From Candidatus Micrarchaeia archaeon (lineage in GTDB: Archaea > Micrarchaeota > Micrarchaeia > CAILAH01), in NCBI GenBank assembly GCA_038874595.1, contig JAVZCB010000002.1:152715-216714 (forward strand): 64,000 nt of DNA, in the 5' to 3' direction. This document shows, in pieces, positions 9,180 through 18,900 of this stretch. Within the stretch, counting starts at the first letter, position 1. Each line of letters opens with the position of its first letter. The translations under genes and the position numbers were made by a program. The notes under the pieces were generated by a model that worked only from the letters and a program-made list of their open reading frames with translations, did not search any database and was not told the origin of the DNA.

Positions 9180-9944
9180 TTAACTTTCCTCAAGATATAC
9201 CCCATAAGGCACAAACACCAACAAGCCGTCTTTATCATATATTATCAGCTCATCTCCCCCTGTGTTGAATATGTGCTGGCACAAGCATATTTTTCCAGCA
9301 TTTTCTTTTTCGTCACAACAATTTTCTTCGATGCGCACAATCTCTTTAGGTGCGAGCCGTAAGTTTCTTTTGAACCTGTGCGATGCGCTTGTATCCCGTA
9401 TGGTTATTTCTGTATCAACATTAATATCACACAAATTTTCAATAGTGAACCCACCATTATCCCATTTTCCAAAGATGCATTCCTTGTAAAGGCTAGCCTT
9501 CCACATACACCCAGGTATATCTCTCCCCATGCTTTCAGCCTCGAAATACCTTTTCCAGTTAATACCCTCTTCTCTTCCATAATAAACATTTGCAAAGCCA
9601 TTTGCCAGCATTGCATGGTTTACGTTTTTACCATTATAATATACCTCTGCCAAGGCCCTTCCGTATTTTTCCTTTCCGTAAATTATAACCGACACCTCCT
9701 TCCCCCAAATTAAAGAGGTAAGGAAATTCTTCGCCTCCTCATAACAAAGCTCACCTTTTTCAGGCGTGTTTATACCAACCAAACGATACTTATTACCAGC
9801 ATTATCTTCAAACGTATCGCCATCAATTACGTTGTACACGAGCACTTTCTGTGATGTGACTCCAAACAAATAATCAACAACCAGGATGGCTGCAATAATA
9901 AAAATAGCAATCGCAACACCGTGCTGCCAGCGTATCTTTATCAT
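9180..9944 (-). CDS. Membrane-anchored thermonuclease (SNase-like)
   Basis: N-terminal TM; VIDGDT, RLVGINTPE, KYGRALA, VN..ML.NGFA. The longer ORF start overlaps tRNA-Trp, so the start was moved to 9944. Confidence 0.88.
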   Translation of the reverse strand: MIKIRWQHGVAIAIFIIAAILVVDYLFGVTSQKVLVYNVIDGDTFEDNAGNKYRLVGINTPEKGELCYEEAKNFLTSLIWGKEVSVIIYGKEKYGRALAEVYYNGKNVNHAMLANGFANVYYGREEGINWKRYFEAESMGRDIPGCMWKASLYKECIFGKWDNGGFTIENLCDINVDTEITIRDTSASHRFKRNLRLAPKEIVRIEENCCDEKENAGKICLCQHIFNTGGDELIIYDKDGLLVFVPYGVYLEES

Positions 9945-9999
9945 CACTCTTCTCTTTTTATGAAATGTTTTAAACATTAATAACCCAAAATTTCCAGAT

Positions 10000-10368
10000 G
10001 GGGCCATGGTGCAACCTGGCAACACGGCTGGCTCCAGACGAAGGGCAGACACCTACGGTTTCCGCCCTTCGCAACCCTACTTTCCCCTACGGGAAAAGGG
10101 ACTGGTTTAATGAGAACTTTTTGGATGGCTAAAGGCCTCACCAAAAGAAGTTCGATGATTGCATAAACTGGAGCTTGTCAACACGCCCATTTGCATATGC
10201 AAATGGCGCATCATCCGCTTTGGCGGATGCTTGTGACATGACCTGTCGTGTTGTATTGAGAAACCAGCAAATCGGGGTTCAAAAGAGGAGAGGAAGGGGG
10301 CTTTGCCCCCTCTCTCCCTCTACTCTCATACCTCTGAGGGGCGTGAAATGGAAATCCTCGTGGCCCCA
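10000..10368 (+). tRNA. tRNA-Trp(CCA) with 225-nt intron at 37/38 (10038-10262) and ~71-nt intron at 59/60 (10284-10354)
   Basis: Acceptor GGGGCCA/TGGCCCC+A; anticodon stem GCTGG/CCAGC with CT-CCA-G; T stem CGGGG/CCTCG; BHB-like junctions. Confidence 0.88.
10038..10262 (+). ncRNA. Intron-encoded box C/D guide RNA (tRNA-Trp intron sRNA)
   Basis: Guide CTGGTTT plus D' ATGA (10102-10113) is antisense to the 3' splice junction. C' box CGATGA lies at 10153-10158. Guide CTGGAGCT (10168-10175) is antisense to the anticodon loop, with a D-like ATGA at 10238. Confidence 0.7.
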
Positions 10369-10420
10369 TCCTTATTAAAGCTTAAAATACTTACGACAGA
10401 CATTTAAAAGGGGTGTATAT

Positions 10421-10831
10421 ATGGATTTAAAGAAAACATGGGAACTTGCAAAAATGCCAGTAGTTGCTTTGGTAGTCTTAAGCATACTTTCTTTGATTAT
10501 AGGTGTGCTTGCCCCAACAATGGGTATGATTGTTGGGTCGCTGGTTGGCCTGATAGGTCTAATTATATACATATATGCAGGTTACGTGGCAGCCAAAAAC
10601 AAGATGGGGCTCGTTGAAGCCGGCCTGGTTGGTGCTGTTGTGGCGTTGGTTTCCGGCATTATCAACGGCATACTCGGCTTGCTGGCTGGCATGTTTATGA
10701 TGGGCCCGAACGCACCAGCGTTTATTATAACACTCGGCTTGCTGGCAGTAGGCATCGTTGTCGGCGTGGTAATCGGTTTTGTACTGGCATTAATAGGGGC
10801 TGTGCTAGCCGGCTTTATAGGAAAGAAGTAA
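10421..10831 (+). CDS. Small polytopic membrane protein (4 TM)
   Basis: Four Gly-rich hydrophobic segments; RBS GGGGTG. Confidence 0.75.
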   Translation: MDLKKTWELAKMPVVALVVLSILSLIIGVLAPTMGMIVGSLVGLIGLIIYIYAGYVAAKNKMGLVEAGLVGAVVALVSGIINGILGLLAGMFMMGPNAPAFIITLGLLAVGIVVGVVIGFVLALIGAVLAGFIGKK

Positions 10832-10832
10832 T

Positions 10833-11891
10833 TCAGAGCTTATTTTTACATTTTTTCATTATCCAGTTGGCATCAATACACTCGTAATTGATAATAGGTA
10901 TCTCCTCCAACCCTTCCAAAATATCGGCAAGCCCAGTGATGCTGTGGTTTAAAAATATCTTTCTTTTATCAAGAGGATTATCAAGGAGCTTTTCTGCCAG
11001 TGCGGTAACCTCAGAATCAGTAAGAAGGCTTGTGAGCAGCACGGGGTCAAACTCCTTGAATGTCTTTTCAATTATTTCATAAATTGCCTCTAAAGTTATG
11101 GTTTTAAGCCGTCCATCTATCTTTCCATACACTTTGTCATACATAAAATCCTTCAGCCTTGCGAACAGTTTCGCTTCCTTTGAATCAGAAAAGGCCACGT
11201 ATCCCTTTTCTAAGCTTTCATTAACAAGCGCATTTATGCAGTTATCAACCCGCTCACGCTGGCAACACCCAAGCGCAACCGCCTCATATGGGAGTTTCTT
11301 AAGATAACCCAGTCTTTCAGAATCATTGATATCTGAGAATACATACGCAAGCTTATCTGCAAGCATCACAACGTTCCATTCCTGCGGGACCTTCTCGCTC
11401 ACATCCAGCCGCCCACTCCCGCGGGAGTGGTAAAGGATCCCACCAGCTGTTTCAACACATATATTAGTTCCCTTTCCTGCCCTTTCAACAAGCTCGAGAA
11501 CAACAATACTATTTTTCTCGTGCCTGAAACCAGGCCTTATTTTAGCGAGCAGTGCCTCACCAGGATGGCCGTAAGGAGTATGGCCGATATCATGCCCAAG
11601 CGCAACAGCTTCACATAAATATTCATTTAACCCCAGCCGCATTGCGATAAGTTTTGAAATCCACACAACCTCATTTGTATGGGTTAGCCTAGTTCTTATA
11701 TGAGGATTATCTGGGACAGTGTAAACCTGTGTTTTGCTTTCAAGCCTTCTTAGAGACTTTGATTGTGCTATTTTATATGAATCAATGAAAAAGGGCGAAA
11801 ACCTCCCATAAAGCCCCTTTTCATCATCATTCTCGCAAAACCTCCTTCCATTATCAGGATGCCTTTTAAGCTTCTTCATGCGAAAATTCAA
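10833..11891 (-). CDS. dgt: Deoxyguanosinetriphosphate triphosphohydrolase-like HD protein
   Basis: RRLESKTQV, RTRLTH, GHDIGHTPYGH.GE, F.HE, ADKLAY..SD. Confidence 0.88.
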   Translation of the reverse strand: MNFRMKKLKRHPDNGRRFCENDDEKGLYGRFSPFFIDSYKIAQSKSLRRLESKTQVYTVPDNPHIRTRLTHTNEVVWISKLIAMRLGLNEYLCEAVALGHDIGHTPYGHPGEALLAKIRPGFRHEKNSIVVLELVERAGKGTNICVETAGGILYHSRGSGRLDVSEKVPQEWNVVMLADKLAYVFSDINDSERLGYLKKLPYEAVALGCCQRERVDNCINALVNESLEKGYVAFSDSKEAKLFARLKDFMYDKVYGKIDGRLKTITLEAIYEIIEKTFKEFDPVLLTSLLTDSEVTALAEKLLDNPLDKRKIFLNHSITGLADILEGLEEIPIINYECIDANWIMKKCKNKL

Positions 11892-11922
11892 ACATTTCTG
11901 TTTTAATAATATTGCGTTCTCC

Positions 11923-12954
11923 TCACTCAGGGTATGCCTCCTTGATTAATTTTTGCATTTCAGGTGATGCAAAGTGCTCTCTCACCGGCCTGAGTACCTC
12001 GGCAAGTTCCCTTGCCATAGCAGCTTTCAGGTCCATCGGATGTAGTTTTTCTTCCTTGTACATTTTTTCCAACTCATTGTAGCTGCTAATTTCAACATTT
12101 CCTCCAAACTTCTCAGGCCGCTCAACAAGAAATCTTTTCCCTTTCCTTTCAAGAAGCGGGAACATAACCACCTTTGCAAATGCAAGCACACCGTTTCCTT
12201 CAACCTGCCCTACTGGACAGTATGCCTTTGCAAATTTTTTCTTTATATCCTCTTCACTATCAAGCAGGTCAATCTTTGACTCCGGCTCAGACGAGCTCAT
12301 CTTACCCCCAGACAGCCCAGGCATCATAGGGTTCATAAGATGTATCCTTTTCCTGTAGCCTATTTTAGGCAATATTTCTGCGGCAAGCACAAATATTTTC
12401 CTCTGGTCAAGCCCTCCAAACTGTGCATCAACACCAAGATACTCCTCATCAAGCGCCTGCAATAAAGGATAAAGCAATCCACCCAGCTTTGGGTTATCAA
12501 CCTGCTTTACCACTTCCGCCCCCGCTTTCTTTGCATCGTGCACACTCACGATAGACGAAAGCCTATATACATCTAGCGTGTATTCCCTGCTCAATTGCAT
12601 ATCTGTGCCTTTCACAAACCTTAGCTTTTTGATATCCACACCTACACTTTTCAACAGCTCTTTCATTATATGCTCATAATACACAGTCCTTTTTGCAAGC
12701 AGCTCCCACGGCGCCTTCATATTATCAAGATAGGCGTGCAGGTCGGCCAGCAAAATAGTTACCTCACACTCAGCATCTAAAAAATCCGCAATTTTCATAG
12801 CCGGCACGAAGTACCCTATATGAGGCCTCCCAGTAGTAGCAGTTCCAAGATATATTTTAAGATCCCTCTTTTCAAGTATACTTCTAAGCTCCTCTTCGCC
12901 TATAACCTCTTCAAGGTTTCTGGTTATTAATTCATATTTTCTGCCGGCGTCCAT
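11923..12954 (-). CDS. tyrS: Tyrosine--tRNA ligase (archaeal/eukaryal type)
   Basis: [50 protein letters not shown]. Confidence 0.96.
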   Translation of the reverse strand: MDAGRKYELITRNLEEVIGEEELRSILEKRDLKIYLGTATTGRPHIGYFVPAMKIADFLDAECEVTILLADLHAYLDNMKAPWELLAKRTVYYEHIMKELLKSVGVDIKKLRFVKGTDMQLSREYTLDVYRLSSIVSVHDAKKAGAEVVKQVDNPKLGGLLYPLLQALDEEYLGVDAQFGGLDQRKIFVLAAEILPKIGYRKRIHLMNPMMPGLSGGKMSSSEPESKIDLLDSEEDIKKKFAKAYCPVGQVEGNGVLAFAKVVMFPLLERKGKRFLVERPEKFGGNVEISSYNELEKMYKEEKLHPMDLKAAMARELAEVLRPVREHFASPEMQKLIKEAYPE

Positions 12955-12957
12955 GCA

Positions 12958-14043
12958 CTATTTTTTATCCTGATTGCTTTTTAATCTTATAATCCTGGAG
13001 CGACCTTTTCCGACATTCTCTTTTACTTCAATTATCCCAGATTTCTCCATTTTTGTAAGGTAATTTCTCACAGTTCTCTCATTCATGCCATCAAGCTTGG
13101 CATACAACTCACCGCTACTTATCTCACCATTCTTGAGTATTTCAATGATCTTTTTTTCTACCTCTCCAAGCTCAACCTCAACCTTCTCGATTTTTGCCTG
13201 CCGCGACTTTTGTGCAGCCGCCGCTTCCTCAACACTTTGCACATCGAGTTTGGGCAGCCCTTTTTTTTCGGCAATCCTCCCCGCTGAAAGAAGTAGGCCG
13301 ATACCAACCCTCGCATCACCGTTAAATTTGTACGCATGCGCAGCACACACACCAATCGCCTCAGGCGAATATGAGCTGAACGCAAGCCGCGCCCTCTCCT
13401 CCAGTATCTGTTTAAGCTGTGGGACAGTATATGGTTTAAACTCAACATCTCTGTTTATTACGGAGCTCCTTATGCGCGGGTCCAGGGCGGCGAGCAGCCC
13501 AACATCATTAACAATCCCAATAACACTTATTTTTACACCATAAACCTCATTCATCCTGCTGATATCATATAACACATCGCCGTGCCCACTTGCTACCAAC
13601 CGGTCCATCTCATCAAGCACGACAACAACAAAAATCCCCTTCTTTTTTATTATCTCAGCCATTCTTTTAAGCACATCCTCAACCGCAGCCCCTTTCATAG
13701 GCGATATATATCCCACACATCTTGCAATCTCACTTAAAATCCCAAACCTCGTGCCCATATGCCAGCAGTTTACATAAGTGATGCGGACCTTTCCAGAATA
13801 TTCGGCGAGCTGCCTAATTACGTACTTGAGCACAGCTGTTTTTCCCGTCCCAGGCGGGCCATAGATAAGCAAGCTTTCAGGCTTCCTACCATTAAGTGCA
13901 ACCTTAAAATTATGTGCAATCTCATTAATTTCCCTTTCCCTCCCAGGCAACCTTTCTGGAAGGTACTCTGGAAGCAGTACATCCTCATTGAGAAGAAGCT
14001 CGCCATAATCCATATACGACACCTTTACAGCAGCCGACACCAC
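12958..14043 (-). CDS. cdc6: Orc1/Cdc6 family replication initiator
   Basis: L.PEY.PERL.GRE, GPPGTGKT, YVNC, VLDEMD, F.PY...QL, GDAR, C-terminal wHTH. Confidence 0.9.
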   Translation of the reverse strand: MVSAAVKVSYMDYGELLLNEDVLLPEYLPERLPGREREINEIAHNFKVALNGRKPESLLIYGPPGTGKTAVLKYVIRQLAEYSGKVRITYVNCWHMGTRFGILSEIARCVGYISPMKGAAVEDVLKRMAEIIKKKGIFVVVVLDEMDRLVASGHGDVLYDISRMNEVYGVKISVIGIVNDVGLLAALDPRIRSSVINRDVEFKPYTVPQLKQILEERARLAFSSYSPEAIGVCAAHAYKFNGDARVGIGLLLSAGRIAEKKGLPKLDVQSVEEAAAAQKSRQAKIEKVEVELGEVEKKIIEILKNGEISSGELYAKLDGMNERTVRNYLTKMEKSGIIEVKENVGKGRSRIIRLKSNQDKK

Positions 14044-14057
14044 ACCATAAATAATAC

Positions 14058-14783
14058 CTAAAACCCAGCGGCACTTTCAAACACCGGCTGGCTAGGATAA
14101 AGCACAACACCTTTCCCTTCAACCATCTTAAGCGGGACCATCTTTTTGAAATGATTCGTCCCGCGCATCTTTACAACTTCAAGTGCAAAATCCCTGACCT
14201 CTTTTTTCCTGATAGAATGTATTGCAATGAACCCATCAGCAATAAACTCAACGCCAAACTTAGCCTTCATATCTCCAAGCGTGTTTAATTCGCCTTCTGA
14301 CGTGATAAGTGAAGTAACACCCCATTTCTTTAGGTTTGCGAACAGCTGCAGCACAGCCTGCCTCATCTTATAATCATTCTCAAAAAGCAATGCAAAAGAG
14401 GTTATCGAATCAATAACAACCCTCTTAATTCCCATATCCTTGATTGTATCTTCGATCACGGTTCCATCCTTGAAAAACTTTTCAGCCTCATGCGGAGCAT
14501 ACTGCATAAACCTGAACTTACCTTTTTTTTCAAGCATCTCAAAATCCCAACCGAACCTCTTCATATGCCGGTAAACCTGCAATTTTGGTTCTTCAAATGT
14601 TATATAAAGACCGGATTCACCATATACAGCCGCCCCATTATGCAGAAACTGCAACGCAAGCGTGCTTTTTCCAGCACCCGCATCGGCAGCAACCATAATT
14701 ATAGATTCTCTTTCAAAACCGCCTTCTATCATTTCATCAAGGCCCTCAATACCAGTTGGTGCCCTGCCATTCTCGTTTGCCAT
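14058..14783 (-). CDS. KaiC-like RecA-superfamily ATPase (single domain)
   Basis: TGIEGLDEMIEGG, AGAGKST, YITFEE, RVVIDSIT, EFIADG, VVKMRG. Confidence 0.88.
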   Translation of the reverse strand: MANENGRAPTGIEGLDEMIEGGFERESIIMVAADAGAGKSTLALQFLHNGAAVYGESGLYITFEEPKLQVYRHMKRFGWDFEMLEKKGKFRFMQYAPHEAEKFFKDGTVIEDTIKDMGIKRVVIDSITSFALLFENDYKMRQAVLQLFANLKKWGVTSLITSEGELNTLGDMKAKFGVEFIADGFIAIHSIRKKEVRDFALEVVKMRGTNHFKKMVPLKMVEGKGVVLYPSQPVFESAAGF

Positions 14784-14800
14784 AATACCACCATGTCTTT

Positions 14801-14998
14801 TTACTTGTTATTATTGATAATATTCTCAACGAGCTCTCTTCTCCCAGTAATACGCACCAGTTCTTCAATATACTCTTTTCTAAATGAAATTTCATCCCTG
14901 CTCCTTTTAAGCGCCTCCGCTGCCAGGGTTTCAGCAACAGGCCCAAAAACCTTCTTTGCTTTTTCAACCATCTTTTTAGTTAAAGGTGTTGCATCCAT
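14801..14998 (-). CDS. Small helical hypothetical protein
   Basis: 65-aa ORF with RBS GGAAGG, tightly packed between the roadblock and KaiC genes. Confidence 0.6.
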   Translation of the reverse strand: MDATPLTKKMVEKAKKVFGPVAETLAAEALKRSRDEISFRKEYIEELVRITGRRELVENIINNNK

Positions 14999-15013
14999 AT
15001 TAATAACCTTCCT

Positions 15014-15382
15014 TCACCCACCAAGTATATCAGATACCTTTTTGCTGGCGTTCTCCATGCTGAGCAGCACAAGGCCTAGGTTTGCGTTTTTACTTACCAA
15101 GCATGCAAGTATTGCCATACTCCCCGCCCCGGTTGCAACAAGCTTTCCATCACCACTTTCCACAATTACCTGGTTAAATCCACCTATTTTTAGCTCGTCA
15201 GCAGATGTTTCAGCGGTCCCTACAAGCGCAGCAGTCATAGCCGCTATCGTTCTGCCATCCACATAGTTAGGCATATCGCTTGCAACCATCAGCCCGTCCC
15301 GGCGCACGATTGCACTAGCACTAATATCACCAACTTTTCTCAGTTCAGCAAGTATTGTCTCCAACTCCTGCCTTTTTTCCAT
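15014..15382 (-). CDS. Roadblock/LC7 (MglB-like) protein
   Basis: SAIVRRDGLMVAS, IAAMTAAL, QVIVE..G, NLGL. Confidence 0.9.
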   Translation of the reverse strand: MEKRQELETILAELRKVGDISASAIVRRDGLMVASDMPNYVDGRTIAAMTAALVGTAETSADELKIGGFNQVIVESGDGKLVATGAGSMAILACLVSKNANLGLVLLSMENASKKVSDILGG

Positions 15383-15443
15383 GATATTAGATGCGGTTTA
15401 AACATTTATAAATAAGCAGCCCGATGTAATATTAGGTGTTCAT

Positions 15444-15842
15444 ATGGTGGCCAAAAAGCTCAAATCTAAGGTTAAGAAATCTGGACGGGCAAGCAAAATT
15501 AGGAAGAAGGCGACCGCCCGGAAAACGGCCAGAAAGCCGGCTCCGATAGAGAAAAAAATCGAGCACGATCTTGAACCAGTCCTGCGTGAAGAGATAAGGC
15601 AAGACATAGAGAGCGAGATTAAGGAGGAAGTTGCAAACGAGGTTAAGAACGCGATTGAGGTTGAAGAGGAAGACAATATGCTCAAAATTGCAATCAGTGT
15701 CATAATAAGTACAATACTTACAGCATTGATTGCTGGTGCTGTTTGGTGGTTTAACCCGCTCCCAGCATCCCAGATAACCTTAATAGCAATCGTTGTTTGG
15801 ATTATAATAACAATAGTGGCATACTTCTTCCAGAGTAAGTAG
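15444..15842 (+). CDS. Membrane protein with Lys/Ala-rich basic N-terminus
   Basis: KKLKSKVKKSGRASKIRKKATARK, an acidic coil and two C-terminal TM helices; RBS AGGTG. Confidence 0.7.
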   Translation: MVAKKLKSKVKKSGRASKIRKKATARKTARKPAPIEKKIEHDLEPVLREEIRQDIESEIKEEVANEVKNAIEVEEEDNMLKIAISVIISTILTALIAGAVWWFNPLPASQITLIAIVVWIIITIVAYFFQSK

Positions 15843-15915
15843 ACATTTGGAAAAATCCTAAATAAGCTTTTTGGAAATTTTTTCATATTATAAACATTTT
15901 CTGTCCTTTAATTTT

Positions 15916-18900
15916 ATGCGCGTGCCATTTTTTATCTTAGCATTGCTTTTTGCACTTTCTCCATGCTTCGCTTTCAATGCAACTTACCTGGACCCAACAA
16001 TTGAAAAGCCGTGGGAATTTAACAGCGTCTCGCTACCAGATTTTATAACAAACGTGCTTCTCAATAGCCCTGGCAGGACAGACATTGACAATAGCTATAT
16101 GTTTGCGCTTTCACCGGAAGTATCTTCACAGCTGAGCGAAGAGATACGCCACGCTAAGAATGCAGACCAGAATCTGAAAACGCTCGGTGAAAGTAGATAC
16201 CTCCTCAAAGATGCAATCCAGAGTCATCTTAACGAGACAGTTGGAAAATCTGCCGCAGCAATCGCTTACATGCTTGTTCCTATGCTTGGGATGTTTTTGG
16301 CCATTGATGCGGGAACAGGGGCGATATATGAGGTTTCAGATCTTGGGGCGGAGATGCTATCAATATGTAAAAACCATTATACGGCAGCGGTAGCGGCAGT
16401 CGAGGAAAGCGAGCTGGCATACAACGGCCTGCTATCAAAGGTTTCTATGGGTTACAGGGAGCTTTGGCTTATGGGTGCTCTCAATCCTTCCTATAAAGGC
16501 AGGTATGCCAACGACATCGCACAGCTAGAGTCGCGCCTTGCATCAATAGATGGCAAGCTGCTGCGTGAGCGGGAAGCCAGCATTAAGAAATATGCACATA
16601 TGACTGCAAATGACCCGTCAGCTTATCATCCTCTTGTTTCAGAGTCAGTGTTCCAGGCCAGGTACCTGCTTGATGGGCAGGAATCAGCATTCTCAAAGCT
16701 TATTTTTGCATACACAGCCCAGAATTCAATAAAAGAGGGCCTTATCAAAGAGCGCGAATCAGCAAAGTCTTCCGCAGAAACACGTGCCGGGCAAATATCT
16801 GCAGAATACTCTGAGGTAAGTAAGAAATATGGGCAGATAACAGATGCAGATGTTGTATACTTTGGTATTGCTACGCTGGACACGCTTGATTCACCTTCAA
16901 CCCATATTTCAAAAGCTTCTGAAAACATTGCAGAATACACTTCCATCATCTCAGAAGGTGACAGGGTTTATGCTGCAAAATCATACGGATATGTTATAGA
17001 CTCAATAAATGCATATTACTTAGCGCTTTCAAAGATGGATAGTGCATCATATAACCTGAAAGAGGCGGCGCGGCGCGGAATCCTGATAGTCAGCTCTGCC
17101 GAAAATATAACACAAAAAGAGTATATTGCAGCAACAGCTGCAGCATCTGCATTTATTCCTAAGACTGCGGCAGAGCAACAGCAGCTCTCTCTTGCTCGTA
17201 GCATGATCGAAAAGGCAGAAAAAGAAATGGCTCTTGCCAGCAATACTCCTGCTGAGAGGATATCACATCTTAAAATTGCGCTGAACAGCCTGCGCCTTGC
17301 CCGTGCATATCTTTCTCCAGACGAAGTGTTCCGTGCAAATGCCAAGGACTCAGCGGTGAGCTCACTTGATTATTTGAAATCGGTGATTGACCGTGCAAAA
17401 ACAGATTCAATCGATGTTTCTTATGAAGAATCATATTATAAAAGCAAAATGCTTGCATTGCAGAGCGGCAATTTAGCCGCTGCAGAAATGGTAAACATCT
17501 CACTCACATGCAACAACCTGACGGAACAAATATTTATGCGTGGCGCTGCACAGTATTCACATCTTTCATCACGTTATGCCACATTGCTACCGCTGGCAAC
17601 GTATTTTGAATCGCTTGATGGCAAGCCATTGAAAGAGTACACATTGCTCAACCCATACATAGACGCCACTGGCACTTTTGATAAATATCTATCGCTCGGG
17701 CATTACAAGGAGATAACTGGGCTCATAGCAGGGCTCGAAGCGCAAATACGTGTAAAAACGAAAGAGCTCATCCGCGAATCGCTTGAAAGAAACGCTGTTG
17801 TGAGCGTCAATTATGACAACGCAACGATTGTTTTAGATGTGCCTATCACGCGCAAGGTTGATGTATCTACATACAGTATTCTGGATTTAGAGTACAAAGG
17901 GCCTATTTCAACGAGCATTCGAATTCCCTATGACGTTTCAAGATCAAAGGCCAAGTATGATACGGCAGGGCTTTCTTATAGTTATACAAACAACCAGCTC
18001 AATATTCTTATCAACCAATACACCCCAAATAAGATGTATACAATTTCTTTTGAGGACACGCAGGTTCTTGCAAGAACACAATCCGTTAAAAGGGAATCTA
18101 CCCTTATTACGCCAACGCTGCTCAGGGTAAAAGTTGAGAGAAAAATAACCTCGCTCGGAACCCCCTATCTTAAAATCCCGGCAAACTATGATTATTCATA
18201 TGTGTTGTATTATGATGGAGAGTACGTTGGGAGTTTTAATTATGATGCGGAAATAGCACGACCGATACCTGCAGGGGAGCATATATTAACAATGGTATAT
18301 TCAATTGAAAACCCTTTTGTTGCTACATTGAACAGCGTATCTAGCACAAAAACCAGCACAACAATGTCTGTTATCATTAAAAACACAGTCCCATTTGATA
18401 TTAGCGACGCTATGATAAGCTATGACATTCCGGCAGTATCCCCATCTTCTGTATTAGTATCATCTTCGGATTGTGAAATAAAATCAACTGCCAGCACACA
18501 TTTTCCAACATACACGCGTCTTACCATAAACGTGAAGGCATTTTCAGCCAGCTCAAAATGTACTTTTGACATCCATGCAAGCACACCTATAAGCAAGGAG
18601 TATATTGAGGAGGAAATTGTACGCTTATCTAAAGACAATACTGCATTGCAGAGTAAAGAGGTGGAAAACCACCTTAACAAGGCACGGAACGCATTCGAGA
18701 CTGGAAAGTATGAAGATGCTCTTAAAGCAATCTCCGATGCGGACAAGACGCTGGTTGAGGCAAAGCGAGCAACCGAGCAAGCCAATCGCCAGGGAGAAGA
18801 GATAGAAAGGTTATCAAAACAAACCGCCTCGGTGTTAGCCAACTTATCAAATATGAATGATGTGGAAGTCCAAAAAGCGCTTGCCAAAATCAAGTCCTAC

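Noticed and set aside
10175-10378. 67-aa ORF within tRNA-Trp as an intron-encoded protein or homing endonuclease
   Set aside because: It spans tRNA exons, has no nuclease motif and is far too short.
14490-15266. 258-aa plus-strand ORF and similar long antisense ORFs across the window
   Set aside because: They are shadows of well-supported genes on the opposite strand and have no motifs.
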